Shown here: in pieces, positions 8,592-17,209 of the stretch
Layout of the letters: every line of letters starts with the position of its first letter
Position numbering within the stretch: position 1 is the stretch's first letter
Source of the DNA: Thermoplasmatales archaeon I-plasma
GTDB taxonomy: Archaea > Thermoplasmatota > Thermoplasmata > Thermoplasmatales > GCA-001856825
Direction of reading: 5' to 3'
Length of the DNA: 64,000 nucleotides
Assembly: GCA_001856825.1 (NCBI GenBank)
Contig: ATMD01000004.1
Coordinates: 426,568-490,567, forward strand
Notes under the pieces: generated by a model
What the model saw: only the letters and a program-made list of their open reading frames with translations
The model's database searches: none
What the model was told of the DNA's origin: nothing
Translations under genes and position numbers: made by a program

Positions 8592-8833
8592 TCTACTTGG
8601 GGCTACTTCTTCGGTGAGAATCTTTGTGGCATTTTTGAGGATATTATATGGACGGCTTCGTACTTCTGCTCGCAATCCAGTCGATGGCTTTCTTATTTAG
8701 ATTAGAGTTGAACTTATATATTTGCTCTCCACCACGATGTCAAGTGGTTTCGGGTGTTTTGAATGGAATTGAAATATCATAAACTGATTGCAGAGTTGTT
8801 TCTGTTGGAATCCAATTGTAATTGAGCCCTTGC

Positions 8834-10144
8834 CTACTTAGAATCTGGTAGTTTTAGAATGACTTTGTCATCTAATTGTGCCACGAATTCCCATCCTTTT
8901 TTTATCAGTGGCTCTATCTGGTCCTTCTTTACGACTATCTGCCTGTTTCCGTTGCCAGCATGATCACCAAGCATCCTTTCCCTAACGACCTTACCGAGTT
9001 CTTCTGCACCCATTGCCAGCAGATCCTCTCTCTCTATTTCTTGCTTGGTAAAACCAGCTATTACAAGCATTGTCTCCTTCGCCTTCCTCTCTGCTTCATC
9101 TTCTTCGAGCGGTCTCTTTTCCGTTTCCAAATATCTACAGCACTTCTTGAACTTGTCCCTCATCGCTTCTATGGTCTCTTTAGGCAGAACCTTGTTTGTA
9201 CTATACCTGGCTGATATGTCTCCCTTGTGACCGAACCAGAACTCCCTCCAGTTGTGGGAAACGAGATTGTTTGCTTCACAAACATCCATTGCACTGGAAA
9301 AGTAGACTCTGAGAACGTAGGGTCTGAATTTAAGACCGGATTTCTTGATTGCGTCCCTTATGTCCCTCTCGAGAAAGGTGGTGGCAAGTATTCCGGACTC
9401 CCTGAGATTGGACCCCCTTCTATCTGCCCTGATAACGGGAGAATCAGGGGTAAGGCTTTCACCATTGAGAATCCGCTGCCTGAGATAATCCCTGAGATAT
9501 TTGAAAGTCTGCTGGGGCACGAATGTAAAGTATGAATGCCCTTTCTTGCTCAGCTGCACTCTAGACTGCCTTACCTTGAGAACTGCTGGAACCACAGAAA
9601 ACTCAACAGTCTTTGGCTTGATCTTCAACCCTTCAATGTCCTTCAGTCTGAGGGCATCAGATCCATCGTAATTCCCCAGGGACTCTGGTCTGAGCCCCGA
9701 GAATGCGAGAAGAGAGATTATGGCCCTTCCCCTCACCGTGGCATTCCTGAGCATGGAATCTATCTCTTCCTTGCTCGGAGGCCTCTCCTCTTCGAGCGTT
9801 GGAGAAAAGTTCGAACCTTGAACCCATATCCTCCCCAGATTGGCGTCATACCCGTTATGGGACACCCAAGAATTTAAAACTCTCTTGAATCTCTCGATGT
9901 ATGAACCTGCCTTTCCTTCATTTACCTTGATGTCCACAAACCTGATGAAATCCTTTCTGAGCTTTCCTGTCTTTGCGTCCTCCAGAATCTGTTCAGGAGT
10001 GATACTGTTCAGTCTGCAGTACAACCCCAAAGTTCTGAAGTAGACGTCTCCAGTAATCGGGGATCGATGTCGCAAGTTTTGATACCATTCCATCACTAGT
10101 ACGTCTCCCTTGAGGTCGTCATAACGCGATTTGAAGGTCACCAT
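8834..10144 (-). CDS. int: Tyrosine recombinase / integrase (archaeal integrative-element type), apparently intact
   Basis: 436 aa. Catalytic landmarks are SGLRPESL (Arg), HNWREFWFGHKGD (His/Arg/His) and ISARYSTNK (Tyr). It is paralogous to the decayed copy at 44770-45765, with shared strings GKAGSYI and GHKGDI.ARYSTNK. Confidence 0.85.
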   Translation of the reverse strand: MVTFKSRYDDLKGDVLVMEWYQNLRHRSPITGDVYFRTLGLYCRLNSITPEQILEDAKTGKLRKDFIRFVDIKVNEGKAGSYIERFKRVLNSWVSHNGYDANLGRIWVQGSNFSPTLEEERPPSKEEIDSMLRNATVRGRAIISLLAFSGLRPESLGNYDGSDALRLKDIEGLKIKPKTVEFSVVPAVLKVRQSRVQLSKKGHSYFTFVPQQTFKYLRDYLRQRILNGESLTPDSPVIRADRRGSNLRESGILATTFLERDIRDAIKKSGLKFRPYVLRVYFSSAMDVCEANNLVSHNWREFWFGHKGDISARYSTNKVLPKETIEAMRDKFKKCCRYLETEKRPLEEDEAERKAKETMLVIAGFTKQEIEREDLLAMGAEELGKVVRERMLGDHAGNGNRQIVVKKDQIEPLIKKGWEFVAQLDDKVILKLPDSK

Positions 10145-10347
10145 TAAGGATAGGAGCCTGATATTTAACGATATCTATTCAGACCAAAATAGGTACGCAT
10201 ACGGACAAGCCCATTGCCCTCTGATTCTATTTGATATCATGTATTTAAAAAAACGAAATGAGAAGGATTTCTTCTCATAATATTAATAGCAAACAGACCT
10301 CCATTTTAAAGGCAGAGCCTCAAACTCGATTTGGAACTAAGTTGAAG

Positions 10348-11230
10348 TTAGTAAATTCCTGCTACATCCTGGGGAAAATTCTCTTGACACTCAGTACCAT
10401 TTGGGACCAAATCGCAGTCTTCATTGAAATATATTTGTAAATGGCGATATTGGGAGAGAAGCCCTCCGCAGAATCCAGACGTTTCTTTCCTGTCTTTTCT
10501 CCTCTGATATATCAGGCCTCCCGTTGCTCTCTTTTCTTATGAGAATCCAGACCCTGATGTATTCCTCCTGAAATATTCCCTGAGATAGTTCATCGGATCA
10601 TCCGTGAAGCGCCTGATTTTTTCCCTCCAGTTCCTTCTTCCACTAATATGTGAATTCTTCTTAGGGATGAGAAATATCATTAAATTCTCATTGAAATCAA
10701 TGAGAATGCTCTGATCTGAGTAGTATTTGTCCAGGCGGACGCTCTAAAGGTCAATACGCATCATTCCTATAATCTCGAGACCCTTGCGATATGCACCCAT
10801 TTCAGATATTACCGAAACTGCATATCCCACATACATCCTTGTTGCCAAATCCATCAATGCTAGTGAATAGACGAACTTGCTTTCCTTGACTGTCTCGACG
10901 TTCCTCTCCCTCAGGGAACGGTAGTGTTTAGTGACGGTGAAGAAATAATTTGTTCCGTCACCTTATTCTCCAGCGGAAGAGATGCCTCTTCTCCTGATTT
11001 AGCTGATGAAGAGGTTGTTGATTATCGTGATGAAGAAGGGGTCTAAATACAATTTTTCCACCCTCATGTTGCTTAAGCGGAATATCTCCTCACATGAACA
11101 ACGAAGACATTCTCCTTTGCTTACCCAATGACCTACATTGCAACAGCAGGGACGAATACAGGAGGTCAAACATTCCTTCAGACAATTTTGTAGAGCTAAA
11201 TCTATATTATATTTATAGTCATATTTCATG
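10348..11230 (-). pseudogene. Degraded IS transposase (N-terminal Cys-rich zinc-finger part plus DDE part with in-frame stops)
   Basis: Own minus-strand translation of 10348-10957: ..FFTVTKHYRSLRERNVETVKESKFVYSLALMDLATRMYVGY..MMRIDL*SVRLDKYYSDQS..IPKKN..NYLREYFRRNTSGSGFS*EKRATGGLIYQRRKDRKE.. This is an IS4/IS5-like Y-x2-R-x3-E-x6-K block with Glu lost and two in-frame stops (for example cta at 10744-10746). The upstream ORF 10999-11230 (MKYDYKYN..CLKECLTSCIRPCCCNVGHWVSKGECLRCSCEEIF) looks like the CP.C...K.G...RY.C..C zinc ribbon found at transposase N-termini. Family unresolved. Confidence 0.5.
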
Positions 11231-11249
11231 ATAATGTCGGTATGTGTAA

Positions 11250-14111
11250 ATGGTAGCATCTTCCCCGTCGAGGAACAAGAGCCATGGTCACTTGGCCGGT
11301 GCATCAATCCTACTGGCTCTTGTTGTTATTCTGTCTGTTTTTGCTGGGGGACTTCAAAATTTTGAAAATCAGGTTCCTGCTGAAGCGCACATTTCAGGAC
11401 ATTTGAACCCTCCTGAAAATGTCAGTTCCCTGTCAGGCCAGGATGAATCAAATGGAATGACCGTACAATCTTCCATTGCCACATCAAAAGACCCTTATGC
11501 AGGATACGTTCAATATACACTCTTCCCGAACAACAATACACTCATGAACGGGAACATTGCTGGTAATGCGAGTGGAATACCGCTGAACGGTTCAGGTGCT
11601 AGACCTTATGCGCTAGAATACGACCCGATCAACAATCTTCTGTACGTATCATATTTTCTTTCAGGGGAGATCTCTGTTGTCGAACCCATATCTAACAGGA
11701 TTATATTCAATATTTCAGGTTTTCATTTTCCCACAGCATTCGCGTTGGATAAAGTGGACAATTACCTTTACGTAGCAAACATGGAATCAAACTATGTTTC
11801 AGTAATTAATGCTAGCAGTAACAGCTACGTGGGTAACATATCGGTGCCATCTGGTCAAGCTGGAATTGCTTTCGATCCTGAGACCGGCTATCTTTACGTG
11901 AGTGATTATCAATCGGGCTCTGTTTCCGTAATAGACGCAAGCACGGACACAATCGTTTCAAACTTATCCGTTGGTGAGTTTCCTTATTCCGTATGCTACG
12001 ACCCATCCAATGGTTTCGTTTACGTTGGCCATTACGTCCCGGTTCTTGTTAGCTTGTCCGGTTCGGCCACTTCGGAGACTATGAACAGTGCATCAACTTC
12101 AAGCTATAATTCAAGCGATATTGTCGTCATTGACCCATTCACAGATCAGGTCGTCTCCACCATAGGGGTCGGTTCTGATATATCTGACATAGAATTTGAT
12201 TCATCGAACGGCGATCTATACGCGGCAAACGCAGTAAGCCCGTACATTGTGGGTATCAGCTCTGCAAGTGACGATATCATTTCAAACGTGACCCTAGGTT
12301 TCTATCCCAATCATATTGCTTTCAACCCTTCCACCGGACTGATATACGTCACCCCTTTGATCGAGTCGGAAATAATCACTTCTCCACCCCCGAAATTCGA
12401 TAATGTCACCGTGATGAACTCGTCACTTGGCTCTGAGGTGTCCCAGCTGGAGGTCGGCTGGGGAACGGAATGGATAGTTTTCGATGCACTGAACAGTTGC
12501 TTCTATTCAGCTAATTCCGGATCCGGCACGATCTCTATTATTTCAACACAGCGTTCTTATACTGCAAGCTTCAACGTTTCAGGCATTCCACGAGGATTTG
12601 GATGGTTTGTGAATGTCACTGGCATTCCGTCCTCCGGCCGCATTCTAGGGAATTCATACTCACTCGATCTTCCGAACGGTACCTATGATTTTGCCGTCGC
12701 ATCATCAAACAAGAGTTACAAACCTGATCCGTGCTCCGGTTCTTTCAGCATTGACGGTTCATCAGTTTCACTTTCCGTCGCCTTTTCGGAGGTTCTGTTT
12801 CAAGTCTTCTTCAACGAGGAAGGCCTCCCATCCGGGATGAGGTGGACTGTAATCTTCAGCGGATCGTCAAACAGCTCTGCATCATCAACTATTGGATTCG
12901 AGGAACCGAATGGAACCTTCAATTACTCCATCTTGACTGTTCAGGGATTCCATCCAACCCAATCCTACGGGAAGGTCAGAGTGGACGGGAAATCTGTGAC
13001 GGAACTGGTCTTATTCAAAATAACTGTGTTCTCGGTAATGTTTGCTGAATCAGGGCTCCCCTCTGGGACAGTCTGGTCTGTCACCCTGAACGGCACGTCA
13101 CTTTCTTCCAATACTACCTCCATTTCATTCACTGTCCCGAACGGGACTTACTCTTATTCTGTTGGGTATATTCCCGGTTACAGAACGTCAAACACTTCCG
13201 GCGCTGCTGTTGTGAACGGTTCATCTATCATTGTCTCGATGAACTTTACGGTGACGGACTACCCGCTGACGGTTGTTGCCAGTGGCCTGCCTAATGGGAC
13301 GAACTGGTATGTGACACTTGCTCAGTCGTTCAATCACCGTACTTTTCTAAAGGATATATCCCCCAACTCTTCATATGAGACCATTTCACCAAACAGTTCA
13401 GAGTTCACCTTTCTAGTTCCGAACGGTACCTACGCATTCTCAATAACTTGGAACATCTGGCCTGCCCCCTACCTGCCATCAATAACCCACGGCTTCCTGA
13501 GGGTGAATGGAAGCGGCGTCAAAGAAATCCTGAACTTCAGCAGGGCGTACCTCTTATTGTTCAACGAGTCCGGTCTACCTATCTTCACTGTTCCTAATAT
13601 TGCGATAGAGAACAACAGCCATTTTTACCTCTACCAGAACCCATTCTATCAATCATTATTCCTGGTCCTTAACGGCACTTATTCTTATTCCATTGGTTCT
13701 ATAAGCGGCTTCTATCCATCTCCATCAAACGGTACCATCACCGTAAACGGGAGCAACGTGTTTCTGTCTGTCGAGTTCTACAAGCCAGGTTATTTCATCG
13801 GCAAAATGAACACAGTGAACGCTACTCTCACAATCAATGGATCCAGTTACAAGATAACTAACGGAGAATTCAACATCTCTCTCAGTCCTGGGACTTATGA
13901 GGTTAAAGTCTCAGCCCCCGGTTATTCCCCATATATGACGAACGTAACGATATCATCATCCTCAGTAAGCAAGCTTCAGATACAAAGTCTTACAAGTGTG
14001 ACCACGCCTTCTTCATTTTCATTCCTGCTGATTGTCGTTATAGTCGTAATAGCAGCAATTGCTTCTGCAGTCTTTTTACTCACAGTCAGAAACAGAAAAG
14101 GAAAATCCTAA
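11250..14111 (+). CDS. Membrane-anchored surface protein: YVTN-type beta-propeller repeats plus GLP.G..W modules, PEGA-like unit and TM anchor
   Basis: 953 aa with an N-terminal TM (ASILLALVVILSVFAGG). Residues ~110-440 carry repeated LYV(A/S)N..SN.VSVI(N/D)..(S/T)..V..I.V...P..IAFDP (YVTN repeat signature). Five copies of the SGLP.G..W.V.L...PNGTY.Y module follow. The C-terminal tail is homologous to that of 1895-4621. Many N-x-S/T sequons. Confidence 0.8.
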   Translation: MVASSPSRNKSHGHLAGASILLALVVILSVFAGGLQNFENQVPAEAHISGHLNPPENVSSLSGQDESNGMTVQSSIATSKDPYAGYVQYTLFPNNNTLMNGNIAGNASGIPLNGSGARPYALEYDPINNLLYVSYFLSGEISVVEPISNRIIFNISGFHFPTAFALDKVDNYLYVANMESNYVSVINASSNSYVGNISVPSGQAGIAFDPETGYLYVSDYQSGSVSVIDASTDTIVSNLSVGEFPYSVCYDPSNGFVYVGHYVPVLVSLSGSATSETMNSASTSSYNSSDIVVIDPFTDQVVSTIGVGSDISDIEFDSSNGDLYAANAVSPYIVGISSASDDIISNVTLGFYPNHIAFNPSTGLIYVTPLIESEIITSPPPKFDNVTVMNSSLGSEVSQLEVGWGTEWIVFDALNSCFYSANSGSGTISIISTQRSYTASFNVSGIPRGFGWFVNVTGIPSSGRILGNSYSLDLPNGTYDFAVASSNKSYKPDPCSGSFSIDGSSVSLSVAFSEVLFQVFFNEEGLPSGMRWTVIFSGSSNSSASSTIGFEEPNGTFNYSILTVQGFHPTQSYGKVRVDGKSVTELVLFKITVFSVMFAESGLPSGTVWSVTLNGTSLSSNTTSISFTVPNGTYSYSVGYIPGYRTSNTSGAAVVNGSSIIVSMNFTVTDYPLTVVASGLPNGTNWYVTLAQSFNHRTFLKDISPNSSYETISPNSSEFTFLVPNGTYAFSITWNIWPAPYLPSITHGFLRVNGSGVKEILNFSRAYLLLFNESGLPIFTVPNIAIENNSHFYLYQNPFYQSLFLVLNGTYSYSIGSISGFYPSPSNGTITVNGSNVFLSVEFYKPGYFIGKMNTVNATLTINGSSYKITNGEFNISLSPGTYEVKVSAPGYSPYMTNVTISSSSVSKLQIQSLTSVTTPSSFSFLLIVVIVVIAAIASAVFLLTVRNRKGKS
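13869..14033 (+). repeat. Dispersed direct repeat copy B (3' end of surface-protein gene)
   Basis: 136/165 nt identical to 4379-4543. Confidence 0.8.
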
Positions 14112-14250
14112 TATTCTTCACCCCCCTCCCTTCCTGACCTCTTTTCATTCAATTTTTCTATAAAATGCGATAGGTCTGTGCTATTTGATACATCCACTTT
14201 CAGTCTATTAGGGTCGGAATGTCATATAGGTGTAAATACTCCAAAATACT

Positions 14251-14667
14251 GTGCTTTCAATGTCCGCTGCAGCTGGAAAGGATTGTTTCAGTTTCGATTA
14301 CAATGTAGCCTGGGTTGATACCGATGCACTCGGAATCATGCATTTCTCGAACTACTTCAGACTTTGTGAGAGAACCGAACAGCTATTTTTTGAGTCTAGA
14401 GGACTGTATGAGAGTGAAGAAGTCTTCCTTCCAAGGGTTCATGCTTCCTGCGATTACCTTTATCCTCTGAAGTTCAGACAAAGGGCTAAGGTAAAGCTAT
14501 CCATAAGCGAAATAGGCAATAGACACGTGACTTTTGATTATTCCATCGTAAATGAGTCTGAAGGTAAAATAAGTGCCAAATGCAAGATAATCGTTGCTTC
14601 AGTTGATAAAAATATGAAGCCCTTAAAGATTAGTAGTGACATCATTAAGCGCCTTAAAGGGGAATGA
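14251..14667 (+). CDS. Acyl-CoA thioesterase, 4HBT/YbgC hotdog family
   Basis: 138 aa. VAWVDTDALGIMHFSNYFRLCERTEQLFF is the typical 4HBT N-terminal motif. The track start is GTG 14251; an ATG alternative is at 14260. Confidence 0.75.
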   Translation: MLSMSAAAGKDCFSFDYNVAWVDTDALGIMHFSNYFRLCERTEQLFFESRGLYESEEVFLPRVHASCDYLYPLKFRQRAKVKLSISEIGNRHVTFDYSIVNESEGKISAKCKIIVASVDKNMKPLKISSDIIKRLKGE

Positions 14668-14872
14668 ATCGCACGAAGTGACGGAGCTGAAGGGTATCGT
14701 TGTTTCTTAGACCAAAAGAAGAATCATCTGCTAATCCTATGATACAAACATTAGGCCTAAATATTGGCAATAGGTCTTGAACAGAATTAGAGAAATGGAA
14801 GCCCATGGCAAGGTTTCCCGGCAATCACAATCCAGGGGAAAATGCCGTTTAGACTTCTTCTAGCTGTCCAAA

Positions 14873-16162
14873 TTACTGATAGTCTCTGCGCCTGTTGCTC
14901 TTTCTTCTTCCGTTATTGTTGTATCTCTGGTTCCCTCTTCTTGCATTTGGCTCCCTGGGACCTCTGCGGTTACTTCCGTGGTTCTCACTACCATAGTGCT
15001 GCCCTCTTTTATCCCTGGGATAACCAACTTTCGCATCGACATTTAGGAAAGGCTCCTGATCAAGCTTGATTCTCATCATGTGGATTTTGACCGTCCTCTC
15101 TATAGTATTGATTGCTCCAAGTTCGTCTTGATTTACTATTGTAAATGCGCTTCCATAATTCCCCATTCTTGCAGATCGTCCAACTCTATGTACGTACACC
15201 AGAGGACCGCTGGGAACATCAAAATTTATCACGTCAGAGACGTCCGTCACGTCAAGCCCCCTTGATGCGACATTAGTAGCAACCAGGAACCTGCTTCCGT
15301 TCCTGAATTCTGCGAGGGACCTTTCCCTCTGTGCCTGTGAGAGGTCCCCGTGAATGACCGTTGCCTTGTACCCCTGGCTGGAGAGAACGTTATAGAGCCT
15401 GTCAGCACCCCTTTTTGTCTCTGCGAATATTATAGATTTCTTTGGATTGTGCTCATTGATATAGGCTAGAAGAGCTGGAACCTTTCTCGGACCCGCCGAA
15501 ATTGCATAACTGTGCGACAGGGTTTCTACTGTCATCTGCTCCTCGACCCCAATTTTCAAAAACTTTGGATCTGTCATGAATTTCTTTGTTAGCTTGAGAA
15601 TTCGTTCCGACATTGTCGCAGAGAATAACATAGACTGCTTGTTCCTCGGTGACTCGGAAATTATGCGCTCTATATCCTCTATGAATCCGAGGTCAAGCAT
15701 TACGTCTGCTTCGTCAAGCACCAAGAATTTAAGTCTGGACAAGTCTAGTTCCCCTCTTTCCATCAGATCTATGATTCTTCCAGGCGTTCCTATGATTATG
15801 CTAGGATTTTTTCTTAGTTCTCTTATCTGGTTTCCTATACTTGTGCCACCATACACAACTGCAGACCCGATTTTACTGTTACCTGTCATCCTTTTTGAAA
15901 CATTAAAAACCTGGATTGCAAGTTCTCTGGTTGGAAGTATGATTAATGAGGACATTCTTTCATTCCTCTCTGTATTCTGCAGGATTGGGACCAGAAATGC
16001 TCCCGTCTTCCCGGTACCAGTCTTTGATCGAACTATAAGGTCCCTTCCTTCCAACGCCAGCGGTATTGCCTTCTCTTGAACTTCGGTTGGCGTTTCAAAA
16101 TTCATCTGGCCTAGTGATTTTAAAATATCACTTTTGAGCCTAAAACTCTCGAAACTTGTCAT
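14873..16162 (-). CDS. DEAD-box ATP-dependent RNA helicase with Arg/Asn/Gly-rich C-terminal tail
   Basis: Motifs seen: Q-motif region FETPTEVQ, SKTGTGKT, PTRELA, TPGR, DEAD, SAT, HGDLSQAQR, ARGLD, HRVGRSAR. The tail is NRRGPREPNARRGNQRYNNNGRRKSNRRRDYQ. Confidence 0.95.
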   Translation of the reverse strand: MTSFESFRLKSDILKSLGQMNFETPTEVQEKAIPLALEGRDLIVRSKTGTGKTGAFLVPILQNTERNERMSSLIILPTRELAIQVFNVSKRMTGNSKIGSAVVYGGTSIGNQIRELRKNPSIIIGTPGRIIDLMERGELDLSRLKFLVLDEADVMLDLGFIEDIERIISESPRNKQSMLFSATMSERILKLTKKFMTDPKFLKIGVEEQMTVETLSHSYAISAGPRKVPALLAYINEHNPKKSIIFAETKRGADRLYNVLSSQGYKATVIHGDLSQAQRERSLAEFRNGSRFLVATNVASRGLDVTDVSDVINFDVPSGPLVYVHRVGRSARMGNYGSAFTIVNQDELGAINTIERTVKIHMMRIKLDQEPFLNVDAKVGYPRDKRGQHYGSENHGSNRRGPREPNARRGNQRYNNNGRRKSNRRRDYQ

Positions 16163-16590
16163 TTTTACACTCTTTTTTCTAAAACCAAAATCTATCTAAG
16201 ATTTCCTGTTTTACTTCGGGACGATAGTGCGTATCGCTATTTAAGCTCGGGGGTATTTTCAATAAATGAATTAATTCATGATGAAAGGGGGTGTCTTTGA
16301 AGCTTAAATGGGTCATCAGGATGCAAGGAATAATAGGCCCCAGTTCCAAGGTGAAGTCGTGGAAAATCCAGAATTGACCTGCAGTTCAATCATCGAATTG
16401 AAGCTCATCGTTAATTCCTATTCTTGAAGTTACTGGCATTTAATTGAAAGTATGATCTAAGGGAATTTAAATTTGAACTGGAAAGGTTTGAAAACTCTTT
16501 GCGAGCCTATTTTGGCTTACCTACTACTTGCATTACTAAACGACATTTCAGAACTACAAAGTTGTAAAGAAAGACCAGAAAATTGCTGAT

Positions 16591-17088
16591 TCACCATTCT
16601 CCCTTAACTATCAACTCTTCGTAGAGCTGTTCAAGTTCATTTTCCCTGTAAGTTTCGTGTTTCGAGAGCATTTCAAAGAAATTTCTAAGTTTTGTATCTT
16701 TATATTCTTTAGACAGAATGGAGAATACATTCCTTAGATTGTCAGATAATTTGAGTGCATCTATGAGTGCTTTTTCCTCCTCTGTCAGGTTGGAATCCTT
16801 AACAGACAGCAACTGCGCAAACATTCCCAGACTTTTTTCTGCCGTTTCCATAGTTGTTCTTGTCTCCTTTGACAGCACATTCTCTAACTCTTCGCAATCC
16901 CTACCCGCTTCATCCGCAAAATCGTTTAGCATCACTTTCACGTGCTGGTTCTTGGCAGATTTAGACAATCCCTTATAGCTGTCCTGAAGGTCACAGTATA
17001 GCCTTCTCGCCTTCTCCATAAGCTCCTTTCTCACCTTTTCAGAATCCTTCCCTGAAATAGGTTCTGAAACCCTCTTCCCCTTTTCCAT
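16591..17088 (-). CDS. Hypothetical all-helical protein, possibly ferritin-like four-helix bundle
   Basis: 165 aa, Glu/Lys/Leu-rich with two long helical halves (..DFADEAGRDCEELENVL.. / ..LSKHETYRENELEQLYEEL..). The family call is weak. Confidence 0.5.
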   Translation of the reverse strand: MEKGKRVSEPISGKDSEKVRKELMEKARRLYCDLQDSYKGLSKSAKNQHVKVMLNDFADEAGRDCEELENVLSKETRTTMETAEKSLGMFAQLLSVKDSNLTEEEKALIDALKLSDNLRNVFSILSKEYKDTKLRNFFEMLSKHETYRENELEQLYEELIVKGEW

Positions 17089-17209
17089 TTGTATTGCAAT
17101 CGTAACACAAGTATAATAATTTTAACTATTCGTACTATAGAAATACATTCAATTGGAATTATATTAAATGCCTTACAATATAGCTGCTGCTGCGAGGTAA
17201 ATCTTATTA

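Noticed and set aside
10999-11307. 102-aa Cys-rich ORF as an independent small metalloprotein
   Set aside because: The first 26 codons overlap the surface-protein start region. From Met 11230 it is better explained as the zinc-finger N-terminus of the adjacent decayed transposase.
15576-16079. 167-aa ORF antisense to the DEAD-box helicase
   Set aside because: It lies entirely within a well-supported gene on the other strand and has a Ser/Leu/Ile-rich mirror-frame composition. The same reasoning applies to 55575-56081 (antisense to infB), 62210-62725 (antisense to fhs), 38617-39048 (antisense to aor) and 41732-42133.
16278-16284. C-box-like ATGATGA in the 430-nt spacer upstream of the helicase (possible C/D box sRNA)
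   Set aside because: There is no CTGA D box at the expected 50-70 nt distance and no C'/D' pair. A single heptamer is expected by chance.
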